Shown here: one piece after another, positions 21,877 to 34,120 of the stretch
Layout of the letters: each line of letters opens with the position of its first letter
Position numbering within the stretch: the first letter of the stretch is position 1
Source of the DNA: an uncultured Prochlorococcus sp.
GTDB lineage: Bacteria; Cyanobacteriota; Cyanobacteriia; PCC-6307; Cyanobiaceae
Assembly: GCA_902627325.1 (NCBI GenBank)
Contig: CACOIM010000002.1
Span: 5,078-69,077 of the forward strand
Direction: 5' to 3'
DNA: 64,000 nucleotides
Translations under genes and position numbers: made by a program
The notes under the pieces: generated by a model
Seen by the model: the letters and a program-made list of their open reading frames with translations, nothing else
What the model was told of the DNA's origin: nothing
The model's database searches: none

Positions 21877-23574
21877 ATGAAAATATATCTTGCACAATTC
21901 AATCCGATCATTGGAGATCTTGAAGGAAATGCAAAAAAAATCCTAGATATTTCACTCCATGCATTTAAAAGTTCTGCAGACTTAGTACTTACTCCTGAAT
22001 TATCACTATGGGGTTATCCTCCCAAAGATTTACTCCTCAACAAAAACTTAATTAAAAAACAGGATAAAATTTTAAATAAACTATCTTTTGATATTTCAAA
22101 TAAATTTGGAAATTTAAGCATAATTATTGGTATGGCCGAGATAATAAATGATAATTTCTTTCCAAATTTATATAATTCGATTGCATTGATAGAAAAAGGT
22201 AAATGGTCAATAATAGCAAGAAAAAATATCCTACCTACTTATGAGGTATTTGATGAAAAAAGATATTTCAGATCAGGCAATAAGGTTTCTATTTTGGAAA
22301 AAAATATTAATAAAAGAGTGTGGAAAATAGGAATAACTATATGCGAGGATTTATGGGTTAACCAAAATATAGAAGGTAGAGGCATACATAAAAGAGACCC
22401 AATTAATGATTTTGAATCAAAAGGATTAGATTGTTTGATTAATTTATCCGCTTCTCCATTCACTATTGGCAAATTTAAGAACAGACAAAAGATAGCAAAT
22501 AACGCCACAAATAAACTTAAAACAAAATTGATTTATTTGAATCAAATTGGCGGTAATGATGACTTAATCTTTGATGGTAATAGTTTTATACTAGATAAAG
22601 ACGGAGAGAAAATAAAGCAACTAAGTTCATGTAAAGAAGATTTTTATTGCTGGAATTTGAATAAACAAGAAAATATCCCCGCTAATCAAAGGTATATTTC
22701 TGATCTTGAGTCAATCTTTGACGCCTTAGTTTTAGGAGTCAAAGATTATGCAAAAAAATGCGGTTTTAAGACAGCATTAATAGGGTTAAGTGGTGGTATA
22801 GACTCTGCATTAGTTACAGTTATCGCTTCAGCTGCACTAGGTAGCAAAAATGTTTTTGCTATCGCAATGCCCTCTAAGTGGAATAGCATAGATTCTAAAA
22901 TTGATGCAGAAGAACTGGCCAAAAGACTTAATATTAATTTTGATATAATTTCAATTGAAAATTTGTTTGAATCATTTAAGGAGACTTTAGAAGATTCAAT
23001 AAAGTTGGGAATTGAAGGCGTAGTATGCGAAAATATCCAATCCAGAATTAGAGGAAGTTTACTCATGGCTTTAGCTAATAAAAATAATCACCTATTATTA
23101 TCCACTGGCAACAAATCTGAACTTGCAGTTGGATACTGTACTTTATACGGCGATATGAATGGAGGATTAGCTGTTATTGGTGATTTATATAAAACAAAGG
23201 TCTTTAATTTATGTAATTGGATTGATAGTCAATTATCTAACCACTCAAGAAAAATTTATAATTTACCGTTAAACAATAAAATAATTGGTGATAAAATTTG
23301 CAATAAACCACCAAGTGCTGAATTAAGTCCTAACCAATTGGATACAGATTTCTTACCTCCATACACCCAACTAGATGTCATTCTAAAGGGTCTTATAGAG
23401 GAAAAAAAAGATTTAATACAACTTCAGAAAGAGGGAAATGAATATGATCTAATTTCAAGAGTAATATTACTTATTAAAAAATCAGAGTTTAAAAGAAAAC
23501 AAGCACCCCCAATTTTAAAACTAAGTAATCAATCCTTAGGGAACGATTGGAGAATCCCTGTTGCCATCAAATAA
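21877..23574 (+). CDS. nadE: glutamine-dependent NAD+ synthetase
   Basis: Nitrilase-like domain (PEL, FDEKRYF, ICED) plus SGGIDS, NIQSRIR and GNKSE...GYCTLYGD. Confidence 0.97.
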   Translation: MKIYLAQFNPIIGDLEGNAKKILDISLHAFKSSADLVLTPELSLWGYPPKDLLLNKNLIKKQDKILNKLSFDISNKFGNLSIIIGMAEIINDNFFPNLYNSIALIEKGKWSIIARKNILPTYEVFDEKRYFRSGNKVSILEKNINKRVWKIGITICEDLWVNQNIEGRGIHKRDPINDFESKGLDCLINLSASPFTIGKFKNRQKIANNATNKLKTKLIYLNQIGGNDDLIFDGNSFILDKDGEKIKQLSSCKEDFYCWNLNKQENIPANQRYISDLESIFDALVLGVKDYAKKCGFKTALIGLSGGIDSALVTVIASAALGSKNVFAIAMPSKWNSIDSKIDAEELAKRLNINFDIISIENLFESFKETLEDSIKLGIEGVVCENIQSRIRGSLLMALANKNNHLLLSTGNKSELAVGYCTLYGDMNGGLAVIGDLYKTKVFNLCNWIDSQLSNHSRKIYNLPLNNKIIGDKICNKPPSAELSPNQLDTDFLPPYTQLDVILKGLIEEKKDLIQLQKEGNEYDLISRVILLIKKSEFKRKQAPPILKLSNQSLGNDWRIPVAIK

Positions 23575-23587
23575 ATTGAATTATTCG

Positions 23588-24637
23588 TTAGGTACAATTT
23601 TGAATTGATTTCAATGGCCTATTAATAGATTTATAGTTAATCCCTTCTTTAATAGCTATCAACAAACCTGCTGCCTCAATATAATTATCTACTTTAAAGA
23701 GCTTTTTATAATCAAACCATTTATCAGAAACATTTAAAACTCCCTCGTTTTTTACAGCTATTATATTTAAGTCTCTTTCCATACATGCTAATACTGCTTC
23801 CCCTCCAAGTGCTCCGCTAGGAACAACAATCGAATCAATATCATGGGGAGAGATCGTTACCTTACCATTATAATCTTTCAAATCAATTAAATCTGGAGCA
23901 GTACTTAAACCAATAAGAACTGAGGGTAAAAATGTGTAACCTATTTCCTCTGCAGCTGCCCTAGGATCCAAATTTACTTTCAAATCAATTGGAGATAATG
24001 CTGGTGCATGAGCGCAAGGGATTTTCAAGTACCTACTAATAAGATGACTGATTACCGCCTCAACTCCAGCTATAACATCAATTCCTTTTCCCTCTCTATA
24101 AAGATTTACATTCTCAACATCTATTTCATCTGGGAACCTAGTCACTATTGCGATAGCAGTAATTCCTTGATTAATTAAACTTTTCCCTGCCTTAATTAAT
24201 GTCTCTGGATTCCTTACATATCCGCTACTCAAGCCTGACAACTCATCACTTATAACTATTCCTACTGGTTCATCAGTAATCACATAAGAAGTGATATCTA
24301 TACCTAAAGTAGCAATGCATGCATCAGCTACCTGTAAGTGCCTCAAGAGTATTTCGTTTTCAATCTTCTTATCAAAAATTATCCCTATTTTTTGCTGATT
24401 CACTTTTTTTAATCCAATTTCTGCTCTAGCAAATCTATCAAGACTATATCCTTCTACATAAAAAATCCTTTCATCTTTTTCAGAGAGCATACCTCCATTC
24501 ATAACATTTGGATGAGTAACTAAACATCCAGTTGCAGATGCAAGTAACTTCGCTGCGGGAAGGGCATCTCCAGCAAATCCACCAATTTCACATCCAATAC
24601 CTGTTGGTATTACAAGAATAGTTGGTGTGGTTCTCAT
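23588..24637 (-). CDS. DUF3326 family protein
   Basis: IPTGIGCEIGGFAGDA, THPNVMNG, CAHAPA and AAAEEIG motifs. Confidence 0.92.
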   Translation of the reverse strand: MRTTPTILVIPTGIGCEIGGFAGDALPAAKLLASATGCLVTHPNVMNGGMLSEKDERIFYVEGYSLDRFARAEIGLKKVNQQKIGIIFDKKIENEILLRHLQVADACIATLGIDITSYVITDEPVGIVISDELSGLSSGYVRNPETLIKAGKSLINQGITAIAIVTRFPDEIDVENVNLYREGKGIDVIAGVEAVISHLISRYLKIPCAHAPALSPIDLKVNLDPRAAAEEIGYTFLPSVLIGLSTAPDLIDLKDYNGKVTISPHDIDSIVVPSGALGGEAVLACMERDLNIIAVKNEGVLNVSDKWFDYKKLFKVDNYIEAAGLLIAIKEGINYKSINRPLKSIQNCT

Positions 24638-24665
24638 TATTCTGATGCCAGTATCATAGGAAAAT

Positions 24666-24848
24666 TTAGTTTAATACTAAGGCATTAATTTTTAATATTT
24701 TTTTATTTCCTGAAATTATAATATCGTAAATTGACCATCTAATTAATTCTCCTTCTTTAGAAATCTTACCAATTACAAATTTTCTTAAATCCTTTACATT
24801 TATATGTACAGGTAATGACAACTCATAATAAATTGATCGCATTGTCAT
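24666..24848 (-). CDS. small hypothetical protein downstream of atpG
   Basis: ORF track. 'LRKFV...GELIRWSI' motif, co-oriented with the atp operon. Confidence 0.7.
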   Translation of the reverse strand: MTMRSIYYELSLPVHINVKDLRKFVIGKISKEGELIRWSIYDIIISGNKKILKINALVLN

Positions 24849-24863
24849 TAATGAACAAAACTA

Positions 24864-25814
24864 TTAAGTAGCTGATCCACCAACGACTTCTAAAATTTCT
24901 TGGGTTATTGCAGCTTGTCTAGCTTTGTTATAAGTAAGGTTTAAATTATTTGCTAATTCTTTAGCATTATCACTGGCATTATTCATGGCTGTCATTCTAC
25001 AAGCTAATTCAGAGGCTGCTGATTCCTGGAGAGCTCTTAGTATCTGATTCTGAAGATATAAAGGCAATAATGAATCTAATAATTGATCTGGACTTTGTTC
25101 AAACACCATATCTGAAGGCAATTTATCACCTTCAGATTTCTCAATACTTGATTTCTCTACACGCAGCTGACTATTTTTTGTCGTTAATCTAAAAATTTCA
25201 TCATTTTCTTCTGCTATCCCTTGCGGATCTAACGGTAATAAAGTTTGAACAACTGGAGCACAGCTTACAAGTGTTATAAATTTTGTATATATTATTTCGA
25301 CCCTATCTGAACTTTGTGACAAAAATTCTGCTAAAACTTCAGACGTAATACCCTCTGAATCTTTTGATGTTGGAACTTGCTCTAATTCTTTAAAAGTACT
25401 TTTTATTACATATTTATCTTTCCTATTTTGAAAATATCCAATTGCTTTTTTACCTACCAAGATTAAATTAGTCGAAAACCCTTGATTGACTAATTCTGAA
25501 TATCTTGTTTCAACTTTTTTAATAATATTGGTATTATATCCCCCGCATAATCCTCTATCAGCAGTTATACAAACCAATGAAATTGATTTAACATCTCTTT
25601 TAGACAAAAGTGGCGAATCTGAAGATTCAAATTGCATTCTTGTTTGAATGTTCTGCAAAACCCTAGCGAGTTTATCTGCGAAGGGTCTGCTCTTTAGGAC
25701 CTGATCTTGAGCTCTTCTAACTTTTGCTGCAGCGACTAATCTCATCGCCTCAGTGATCTTTCTAGTGTTTTTTACAGAAACAATTCGGTCCCTGATTTCT
25801 TTAAGATTTGGCAT
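24864..25814 (-). CDS. atpG: F1 ATP synthase gamma subunit
   Basis: [22 protein letters not shown] and [11 protein letters not shown] motifs. Confidence 0.99.
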   Translation of the reverse strand: MPNLKEIRDRIVSVKNTRKITEAMRLVAAAKVRRAQDQVLKSRPFADKLARVLQNIQTRMQFESSDSPLLSKRDVKSISLVCITADRGLCGGYNTNIIKKVETRYSELVNQGFSTNLILVGKKAIGYFQNRKDKYVIKSTFKELEQVPTSKDSEGITSEVLAEFLSQSSDRVEIIYTKFITLVSCAPVVQTLLPLDPQGIAEENDEIFRLTTKNSQLRVEKSSIEKSEGDKLPSDMVFEQSPDQLLDSLLPLYLQNQILRALQESAASELACRMTAMNNASDNAKELANNLNLTYNKARQAAITQEILEVVGGSAT

Positions 25815-25835
25815 GATATTTTACTAGAAATACAT

Positions 25836-27353
25836 TTAAATTTTGGCGAGCATAGCAGATTTAACTTCCATAATCACTTCTTTCAGCGTAGCCTCTAGTT
25901 CTTCATTAAGTTTTTTCTCTTTTAAAATTTCCTCTATGAATTCAGATTTATTTAATTTAAGATAATCTCTCAATTCTGATGCAAATTTAGTTACCTCTTC
26001 AACAGGAACTTCATCAATTAAACCTTTAACTCCAGCATAGACTACAGCAACTTGTTCAGCAAGATTTAATGGAGAGAATTGAGCTTGCTTAAGTAATTCT
26101 CTTAGTCTCTTCCCTCTTTCAAGTTGTTGTTGAGTTGCCTCATCAAGATCAGAAGCAAATTGTGAGAATGCAGCTAGTTCATCAAATTGAGCTAATTCCA
26201 ATTTTAAAGTACCAGCAATCTTTTTAATGGCTTTTGTTTGAGCCGCACCACCAACCCTACTAACTGAAATACCAACATTAATTGCTGGCCTTAAACCAGA
26301 GTTGAACAAATCAGCACTTAGAAAAATTTGCCCATCAGTAATTGATATAACATTTGTTGGTATGTAAGCGGAAACATCTCCAGCTTGAGTTTCAATAATT
26401 GGTAATGCTGTCATTGAACCTCCTCCCATATCATCAGATAACTTTGCTGCTCTTTCAAGCAAACGACTATGGCAGTAAAATACATCTCCAGGATATGCTT
26501 CTCTTCCAGGTGGCCTTCTTAAAAGTAGTGACATTTGTCTATATGCCTGAGCTTGTTTTGTGAGATCGTCATAAATAACTAACGTTGCTTTACCCTGATA
26601 CATGAAATGTTCAGCAATAGCTGCTCCCGTGTAAGGAGCTAAATATTGTAAAGCTGCTGCTTCAGAAGCGCCCGCACTTACCACCACCGTGTAGTCAAGA
26701 GCTCCCTTCTCTCTCAAAACCTCTACAACGTTAGCTACAGATGCGGATTTCTGGCCAACAGCTACATAAACACAAGTTACGTCTTGCCCTTTTTGATTGA
26801 TAATTGTATCGATAGCAATCGCTGTTTTCCCAGTTTGTCTATCACCAATTATTAATTCTCTTTGACCTCTCCCAACAGGAATCATGGCATCAATTGAAGT
26901 AATACCAGTTTGCATAGGCTCATAAACGGACCTTCTTTTAATAATCCCTGGCGCCAATTCCTCAATAAGTCTGTTATCACTTGTTGGTATTTCACCTTTC
27001 CCATCAATAGGTTGTCCTAATGGATTAACAACTCTACCTTGCATTGCTTCTCCTACAGGGACAGAAGCAATCTTTCCTGTAGCTTTAACGGTACTTCCCT
27101 CTTGCACACCTAATGCATCACCCATCATAACAGCTCCAACATTATCATCTTCTAAATTAAGAGCTATCCCCTCAGTTCCATCTTCAAATTCAAGTAATTC
27201 TCCAGCCATTACTTTTTCTAAACCATAAATCCTGGCAATACCATCACCAATTTGAAGAACTGTTCCTACATTACTGACTGAAACAGATTGATCATAATCA
27301 GTTATTTGTTGTTTAAGTATTGAACTGATTTCATCTGGACGTATAGATACCAT
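25836..27353 (-). CDS. atpA: F1 ATP synthase alpha subunit
   Basis: GDRQTGKT and [12 protein letters not shown] motifs. Confidence 0.99.
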   Translation of the reverse strand: MVSIRPDEISSILKQQITDYDQSVSVSNVGTVLQIGDGIARIYGLEKVMAGELLEFEDGTEGIALNLEDDNVGAVMMGDALGVQEGSTVKATGKIASVPVGEAMQGRVVNPLGQPIDGKGEIPTSDNRLIEELAPGIIKRRSVYEPMQTGITSIDAMIPVGRGQRELIIGDRQTGKTAIAIDTIINQKGQDVTCVYVAVGQKSASVANVVEVLREKGALDYTVVVSAGASEAAALQYLAPYTGAAIAEHFMYQGKATLVIYDDLTKQAQAYRQMSLLLRRPPGREAYPGDVFYCHSRLLERAAKLSDDMGGGSMTALPIIETQAGDVSAYIPTNVISITDGQIFLSADLFNSGLRPAINVGISVSRVGGAAQTKAIKKIAGTLKLELAQFDELAAFSQFASDLDEATQQQLERGKRLRELLKQAQFSPLNLAEQVAVVYAGVKGLIDEVPVEEVTKFASELRDYLKLNKSEFIEEILKEKKLNEELEATLKEVIMEVKSAMLAKI

Positions 27354-27383
27354 TTTTTTTAAGAAATAAGGGTGATTTTTAAA

Positions 27384-27926
27384 TTACTTGGAAAGTGAAA
27401 GACCAAGTTTTCTAATTTGTGATGCGATACTTGCATCTATTACTTTAGATCCTACACTTGCGACGAAACCGCCAATTAGTGATGAATCCGTTTTAGTAAC
27501 TAGTTCTAGTTTTTCTGTTCCAGCAATAGAAATAATTTTTTGAGTAATTAAATCCTTTTGCTCGTCAGATAGTTCTACAGCTGAAGTAACAGTTGCAAGA
27601 GCAATATTACTATTGTCCCTGTAAATCTCCAAAAATCTTTCGAGAATTGGAACTAAAAGTCCTATCCTCTGTCTATCAGCTAGTAACTTTAATAAATTCA
27701 ATAATGAATTATTAACTTTATCTGAAAATAACTGTATAAGAATTTTCTTTTTTAACTCCTTTTCGAGAATTGGAGAAGACAAAGCCTTTTCAAGTTCAGG
27801 CGAATCGCCAATTAATTGAAGGATTTCTTTAGATTGAAAGACAATTTCTTCAGTTTGCTTTGTTTCATTTGCAACTTGAAGAAATGCTTCAGCGTATGGA
27901 GTAGTAACAGAATTTAAAAGAGGCAT
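27384..27926 (-). CDS. atpH: F1 ATP synthase delta subunit
   Basis: PYAEA...SAVEL...LIGGF...IDAS pattern and operon position. Confidence 0.97.
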   Translation of the reverse strand: MPLLNSVTTPYAEAFLQVANETKQTEEIVFQSKEILQLIGDSPELEKALSSPILEKELKKKILIQLFSDKVNNSLLNLLKLLADRQRIGLLVPILERFLEIYRDNSNIALATVTSAVELSDEQKDLITQKIISIAGTEKLELVTKTDSSLIGGFVASVGSKVIDASIASQIRKLGLSLSK

Positions 27927-28438
27927 TAGTTAATCTCAATATTATTTATTGATTGAGTCACCAAATTTTCCTGAGTAGATTTATCAAGTTTATTTGGTAA
28001 TGAATCTAAAGCTTTCTTTATCGCTAATTCAACTGCTTCTTTTCGCAGTTGAGATATAGCTCTAGAAGCTTCAGAACTTTCATCTGAAATTGCACTTTGT
28101 TTGATACGTGCCATCTCTTCAATAGCCTTTTTCTCACTTTCCATTCTGATAGCCTCAGATCTTTTAAGAGAGTCAGCTTTAATCTTTTCAGCTTTTTCTT
28201 TAGCTAACGACAAATCTACTTTTGCCTTTTCAAAAGCTGCATTGGCTTTTTGAAGTCTCTCCTCAGCATCTTTTAATTCGAGAAGAATACCTTCTCTTCT
28301 TTTTTGAAGCATTTTCCCAAGAAAACCTGGCAGAAATTTGTATAGTCCAAAAATAACTACAGCCCAATTTATGACATTAGTCTCAAATAAATTGAGATTC
28401 AGTCCAAATCCATCCGTAGCAAAAAGAGCAATATTCAT
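27926..28438 (-). CDS. atpF: Fo ATP synthase subunit b
   Basis: '[16 protein letters not shown]' plus coiled coil. Confidence 0.96.
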   Translation of the reverse strand: MNIALFATDGFGLNLNLFETNVINWAVVIFGLYKFLPGFLGKMLQKRREGILLELKDAEERLQKANAAFEKAKVDLSLAKEKAEKIKADSLKRSEAIRMESEKKAIEEMARIKQSAISDESSEASRAISQLRKEAVELAIKKALDSLPNKLDKSTQENLVTQSINNIEIN

Positions 28439-28920
28439 GTTTGATGAATTAATCGATTAACAATAAGTTCACTTAAAGCTTCTGCTTGTTGTGAAAGTTG
28501 TTCACGTGCTGAAGAAGTCTGATTTTCAATTTCTAATCTCGCATTTTCTTTGGAAGCATTCGCTTCACTATTTGCGAGTTCAATAGCTTCTTTATAAAGC
28601 TTTTCGGAATCTTTTTCAGCTTCATTCACAATTTGTGCAGCCTCAGAACGAGCTTCTAGAAGTTGATTTTGTAGGTCAGCTTCTAACTTCTCAACTTCAG
28701 CAAGTTTCTTTTTTGCCTCTGAAATATTACCTCTTACGAATTCTTCTCTCTTTTCTACCACTTTGCCAACAGGCTTGAAGAAAAGTGAATTTAATAAATA
28801 AGTAAGTACTACAACTTGTATTGCCATTAATGGCAAGGTGGCATTTATATCAAATAGTCCACCTTCAGTTGCGAATAGGGAAGAGACAAACATAGGCTTG
28901 TTTTGAAGTTGAAAATTCAA
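28435..28920 (-). CDS. atpF2: Fo ATP synthase subunit b'
   Basis: '[17 protein letters not shown]'. Likely start ATG 28893. Confidence 0.95.
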   Translation of the reverse strand: MNFQLQNKPMFVSSLFATEGGLFDINATLPLMAIQVVVLTYLLNSLFFKPVGKVVEKREEFVRGNISEAKKKLAEVEKLEADLQNQLLEARSEAAQIVNEAEKDSEKLYKEAIELANSEANASKENARLEIENQTSSAREQLSQQAEALSELIVNRLIHQT

Positions 28921-28954
28921 AATTAATTACTTTTATATTCAAAGTAATTAATTT

Positions 28955-29323
<369 letters not shown>

Positions 29324-29364
29324 TTATATGCCTTTTGTAAAAGGTCCTTTATGTATAAAAAGAA

Positions 29365-30090
29365 CTAATGATGCTCCTCAACTGCTTCACCTATGTAATA
29401 AGCCGCCAATGTTGCAAAAATTAACGCCTGAATTGCACTTGTGAATAAACCAAGGAACATAACTGGTATGGGTAAAACCAATGGTACTAAAAATACTAAT
29501 ACAGATACAACTAATTCATCAGCTAAGATATTCCCAAAAAGCCTGAAAGATAAAGATAAAGGTTTTGTAAAGTCTTCTAAAATTTTGAATGGCAACATTA
29601 TTGGTGTTGGATGCACATAGTACTCAAAATATCTCCAACCTTTATTACTTAAACCAGCATAAAAATAGGAAAGAGATACTAATAAAGCTAGAGCTATCGT
29701 TGTATTTATATCAGCAGTTGGAGCACCTAATTCACCGCTTGGCAATTTTATTAATCTCCATGGAATTAAAGCACCACCCCAATTACTCACAAATACGAAA
29801 AGGAATAATGTCCCTATAAAAGGCATCCAATCTCGATAAACCTTTTCACCTATCTGCGTTCTTGCTAAATCTCTTATATAATCCCACAAAAATTCAAGAA
29901 GATTTTGTAATCCTTTAGGATCATTTTCCATTTTTTTTGTTCCTATGGAAATGAATACAAGTAAAGCTCCTAAAAGAATCCATGAAGTTAAAAAAACCTG
30001 TCCATGAATACTAATATTTCCAATTTGCCAGTAAAGATGTTGACCAACTTCTAATTCAGCAAAATTTGTAAAACAATAACTAAAATTCAT
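29365..30090 (-). CDS. atpB: Fo ATP synthase subunit a
   Basis: [16 protein letters not shown] and [14 protein letters not shown] motifs. Confidence 0.99.
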   Translation of the reverse strand: MNFSYCFTNFAELEVGQHLYWQIGNISIHGQVFLTSWILLGALLVFISIGTKKMENDPKGLQNLLEFLWDYIRDLARTQIGEKVYRDWMPFIGTLFLFVFVSNWGGALIPWRLIKLPSGELGAPTADINTTIALALLVSLSYFYAGLSNKGWRYFEYYVHPTPIMLPFKILEDFTKPLSLSFRLFGNILADELVVSVLVFLVPLVLPIPVMFLGLFTSAIQALIFATLAAYYIGEAVEEHH

Positions 30091-30137
30091 TTTTAATTTT
30101 TGAAAAATTGTGAAAATAATAAGTTTTAAGACTTAAT

Positions 30138-30614
30138 CTAGGAACGTGAAAAGTAATAAAACATAACAGGCTTATATAAGAAAAAACCAATAATTGAAGG
30201 AAGAATTTCAATTAATTCATTTCTACTAGCAAAAATAAATAGACATACAGGTAGCAGCAATTGAACTTTTGAAATCCCTGATGAGGTTTTGCCTAAATTT
30301 CCTATACTTTTAGCAAGTAAACGCAAATAAAAAATTCCAAAAATAGAACCTATAAAAACGCTAAAACCAAAAGAGATGTTGATAAAAATAATAGAAACAA
30401 TAGTGATAACAATTGAAAGAAACAATGTTAAACAAATAAGCGCTAATTGAAGTGAAAAGAAGTCATCACTTACTTCAAGGAATTTAGATAAACGCTGAAT
30501 GATTGGCAATTTATCTTCAATAAAACTTGAATTATCATTATCAAGAGAATTTTCAGCATCCTTTTTAATAGGATGCTGAATTGTTTTTTCGTTGGAGTTC
30601 ACGGAAGTGAACAT
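30138..30614 (-). CDS. atpI: ATP synthase protein I (Atp1)
   Basis: 'YLRLLAKSIGNLG...QLLLPV...GFFLYKP', first gene of the atp operon. Start uncertain. Confidence 0.9.
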   Translation of the reverse strand: MFTSVNSNEKTIQHPIKKDAENSLDNDNSSFIEDKLPIIQRLSKFLEVSDDFFSLQLALICLTLFLSIVITIVSIIFINISFGFSVFIGSIFGIFYLRLLAKSIGNLGKTSSGISKVQLLLPVCLFIFASRNELIEILPSIIGFFLYKPVMFYYFSRS

Positions 30615-30666
30615 AACTTAACTTTCCTCTCTAGAAATTTAGTTTTTTAAGTATATAAACCCACGG

Positions 30667-30675
30667 AATCTATCA
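30667..30675 (-). promoter_or_regulatory. candidate extended -10 of the atp operon
   Basis: TG-A-TAGATT on the minus strand, within a GC-richer patch ~55 bp upstream of atpI. Confidence 0.4.
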
Positions 30676-30818
30676 TGAAGAGGTGACTTTTTGCTAGTTT
30701 TTTTTTAATAAAGGGCTATTTCTTAAGATTTAGTTTTAAAATTCAAACAAATTAATTTTATTCCAATAAAAATTTGATTATTCAAAATCTATAAATTTTA
30801 TTAAAACGTTGGCAAAAA

Positions 30819-32087
30819 GTGCTTTTTAGCGTCTCAATGGATTATCTATATTTTAAGCTTTTGAAGAGCAGAGTAAAAATCCAAAAATACTCGGACAGAT
30901 TTGCTAGTAAAAAAAATATTAACAACGATAAATATAGCGATCACAATAATAATTTTTTGCCAATGCCAATCCCACTCTGGCCCTTTGAGGGGAAACTAAT
31001 ATTTGTAATCTTAATTTTTTGGTGTATTTTTGGTTTGTTTATTTTAGGCTCAGCAAGTTGGTGGGTTGCTCATCAAGAAATAGGTGATTGGGCTTTTTTC
31101 TTAAAAAGGCAATTAGCTTGGTATATTCCAGGTTTAACAATATTTTTTCTGATATTAAATACAAATATTAGGGATCTTCTAAAAATCTCAAAACCTATTT
31201 TTTATATTTTACTTTTGATAATTGGCTCAACCATATTTTTTGGAAGTACGATTAACGGTTCAACAAGATGGCTAATATTGGGCCCACTAAAAATGCAACC
31301 ATCAGAACTTATTAAACCATTTTGCATTTTAGAATCAGCTAATTTATTTGCTCATTGGAATTTAGTTAAAGATGAAAAGAAAATTATTACATTAGCTAGT
31401 TTCGGCATATTAATTCTCCTAATAATGAAGCAACCCAATCTAAGTACTGCGGGATTAATTGGCATAATGTTTTGGGTTGTTGCATTGTGCGGGGGAGTAA
31501 AAATAAATTCATTGATAACGGTAGCTACTGTTGGAGCAATTAGCGCCTATGCAAGTGTAATAAATAATCAATACCAATTACTTCGCATAAAATCATTTAT
31601 AAACCCTTGGAGCGATCCTGAAGGGAATGGATATCAACTCATTCAAAGCTTATTAGCAATTGGGTCAGGAGGCTTTTTAGGTAGAGGATTTGGCTTGTCA
31701 ATGCAAAAATTACAATACTTACCAATACAACATACTGATTTTATTTTTGCTATCTACGCTGAAGAGTTCGGATTGTTAGGTTCAATATTTCTTTTAGGAT
31801 TTTTAGCAATCTTTTCTTATTTAAGCTTAAGAATTATTATAAAATCAAGGAATAACTATACAAAATTAGTTGGGACTGGTTGCGCAACTTTACTTATTGG
31901 TCAATCACTAATACATATAGCGGTGACTACTGGTTCAATGCCTACGACAGGTTTGCCCTTGCCATTTGTGAGTTATGGAGGCAACTCATTATTAGGATCA
32001 TTATTCATAGCAGCTCTTTTATTACGATGTTCATTAGAATCAACAGGATTTATAGGTAATCTACGTGCAAGAAAGACATTGAATTAG
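30819..32087 (+). CDS. ftsW: SEDS family peptidoglycan polymerase FtsW
   Basis: GSTRWL..GP..QPSELIK, QPNLSTA, YQLIQSLLAIGSGG, HTDFIFA and LPFVSYGG motifs. Start uncertain. Confidence 0.93.
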   Translation: MLFSVSMDYLYFKLLKSRVKIQKYSDRFASKKNINNDKYSDHNNNFLPMPIPLWPFEGKLIFVILIFWCIFGLFILGSASWWVAHQEIGDWAFFLKRQLAWYIPGLTIFFLILNTNIRDLLKISKPIFYILLLIIGSTIFFGSTINGSTRWLILGPLKMQPSELIKPFCILESANLFAHWNLVKDEKKIITLASFGILILLIMKQPNLSTAGLIGIMFWVVALCGGVKINSLITVATVGAISAYASVINNQYQLLRIKSFINPWSDPEGNGYQLIQSLLAIGSGGFLGRGFGLSMQKLQYLPIQHTDFIFAIYAEEFGLLGSIFLLGFLAIFSYLSLRIIIKSRNNYTKLVGTGCATLLIGQSLIHIAVTTGSMPTTGLPLPFVSYGGNSLLGSLFIAALLLRCSLESTGFIGNLRARKTLN

Positions 32088-32164
32088 TTAGAATTCCTTA
32101 ACGAATAAAATAAAACATTTTCGAATTCAATCTTGCTATTTCTGAATTAGCCCAAACAGGGAAT

Positions 32165-32833
32165 TTGCTAATGCATACAGCTGTTAGCAATCCTGGACCT
32201 ATTACTTTTTTATTAATTTTCATTGCCGGCCTTTTAACAAGCTTAGGTCCATGTTCATTATCTTTAATGCCTTTAACAATTGCTTATATAGGTGGTTCAA
32301 GCGATAAAAACAACCAAATAAAGATTCTAAGTTTTTGTAGTGGAGTTATTTTTTCCTTAGTATTGTTAGGAGCTTTAAGTGGATTCCTAGGGAAAATATA
32401 TGGTCAATTACCTCATATCTTTACAACAGGGGTTTCCCTTTTTGCAATAATAATGGGATTAAATTTACTAGGTTTAATTAGATTCCAACTACCTAATAGC
32501 CCTAATTTCAAATTAATTGAAAATAAAGTTCCATCATTTTTTGCCCCAATGGTTACTGGAGCTGCTTTTGGACTTGCCTCCTCGCCATGTATAACTCCAG
32601 TTTTAGCCACGCTTCTAGCATGGGTTTCGCAATCGAAGAGCCCTCTAATATCTCTAACATTTTTATTCTTTTTTGGGCTTGGACAAGTTATGCCATTAGT
32701 TATTATTGGTTTTACGACAGAAAGCCTAAAACAATTATTGGCGTTTCGAAAATTTAGCCAGATTATCCCTACATTTAGTGGATTTATACTTATTTGTCTT
32801 GGATTATTAAATATCATCTCCAACTGGATCTAA
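32165..32833 (+). CDS. ccdA: cytochrome c biogenesis protein CcdA
   Basis: GLLTSLGPCSL and ASSPCITPVL paired Pro-Cys motifs. Confidence 0.95.
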   Translation: MLMHTAVSNPGPITFLLIFIAGLLTSLGPCSLSLMPLTIAYIGGSSDKNNQIKILSFCSGVIFSLVLLGALSGFLGKIYGQLPHIFTTGVSLFAIIMGLNLLGLIRFQLPNSPNFKLIENKVPSFFAPMVTGAAFGLASSPCITPVLATLLAWVSQSKSPLISLTFLFFFGLGQVMPLVIIGFTTESLKQLLAFRKFSQIIPTFSGFILICLGLLNIISNWI

Positions 32834-34120
32834 ATGTTTTTTTTAAATAAGTTAATTCTAAATATATCTTCCTTAAAATTTGCTATCTCCCTTTTAATAT
32901 TCATAGCTTTTTCAAGTGGCATCGGAACATTTATACCTCAAGGTATGGAAAACAAAGACTATCTTGAAAGTTATAAGAATAATCCTATATTTGGGTTCAT
33001 TGATGGAGATAAAATCTTATTATTAGAATTAGATCACATTTATACAAGTACATGGTTTCTAATATCTTTATTTCTTCTTTGCATTTCACTAGCCTCCTCA
33101 AGTTTCAGGAAGCAAATCCCAACTCTTAAAGCAGCTTTAAAATGGATAGATTATGACAAAGTCGAAAAATTTAATAACCTTCAATTAGCCTGTAAATGGA
33201 ATGAGAACGAAGGAAAAGAAACGATCTCAAACGCAAACAAAATTCTTAAAAATAAAGGATGGGAGATTCTAAAAAAAGATAATAGATTGTTAGCCAGAAA
33301 GGGTGTTTTTGGGAGAGTGGGGCCAATATTAGTTCATAGTGGCCTAATAATACTTTTGATTGGTTCTGCTTATGGCAATTTTACAAGAAACTCATTAGAA
33401 GAGTATTTAATCCCAAATGAAAGTATAGATTTAATTAATGATGTATCTAAAGAAAAGTTTTCTTTGAAACTAAAAAACTTTAATATTCAAAGAGAGGATG
33501 ATGGTCTCCCTAAACAATTCACTTCAAATTTGGAGATCTATTCAAACAAGTCAAATGAAACAATAAAAAAGCAAACAGAAGTTAATCAACCATTAAGGTA
33601 TCAAGGATTAACAATCTATCAAGCAGATTGGGCCATATCCAGTATTATCTTAGAAATAGATAAAATAAAATATCAATTTGCTTTAAAACCAGTTCCTGAG
33701 ATTGGCAACCAGATATGGGGAGTTCTTGTAGAATTGGGTGAAAATACGAAAAAAAATTATCTTTTAACAATTGATAATGAAAATGGACCAGTAAAAATTT
33801 TTGATATTGATGATTTTTCAGAAAAAGATATCTACTTAAATACTAAAGAATCTAAAGTGAATACTTCAGATATCAAATTAATCAAAATCATTCCTAGTAG
33901 TGGATTAATTATTAAAAGTGATCCCTCTATACCAATCATATATTGTTCATTTGTACTAATTCTTATCGGAGCGTCTTTGAGTTTAATACCAACAAAACGC
34001 ATTTGGATTCTTAAGGATAATTCTTCAAAAAATTATTATATGGGTGGTTTATGTAACAAAAATTTATCAGGCTTTGAATTAGAATTTAACCAAATATCTG
34101 AGAAGATTAAGATAACCTAA
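32834..34120 (+). CDS. ccs1: cytochrome c biogenesis protein Ccs1/ResB
   Basis: [36 protein letters not shown] and KSDP motifs. Confidence 0.94.
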   Translation: MFFLNKLILNISSLKFAISLLIFIAFSSGIGTFIPQGMENKDYLESYKNNPIFGFIDGDKILLLELDHIYTSTWFLISLFLLCISLASSSFRKQIPTLKAALKWIDYDKVEKFNNLQLACKWNENEGKETISNANKILKNKGWEILKKDNRLLARKGVFGRVGPILVHSGLIILLIGSAYGNFTRNSLEEYLIPNESIDLINDVSKEKFSLKLKNFNIQREDDGLPKQFTSNLEIYSNKSNETIKKQTEVNQPLRYQGLTIYQADWAISSIILEIDKIKYQFALKPVPEIGNQIWGVLVELGENTKKNYLLTIDNENGPVKIFDIDDFSEKDIYLNTKESKVNTSDIKLIKIIPSSGLIIKSDPSIPIIYCSFVLILIGASLSLIPTKRIWILKDNSSKNYYMGGLCNKNLSGFELEFNQISEKIKIT

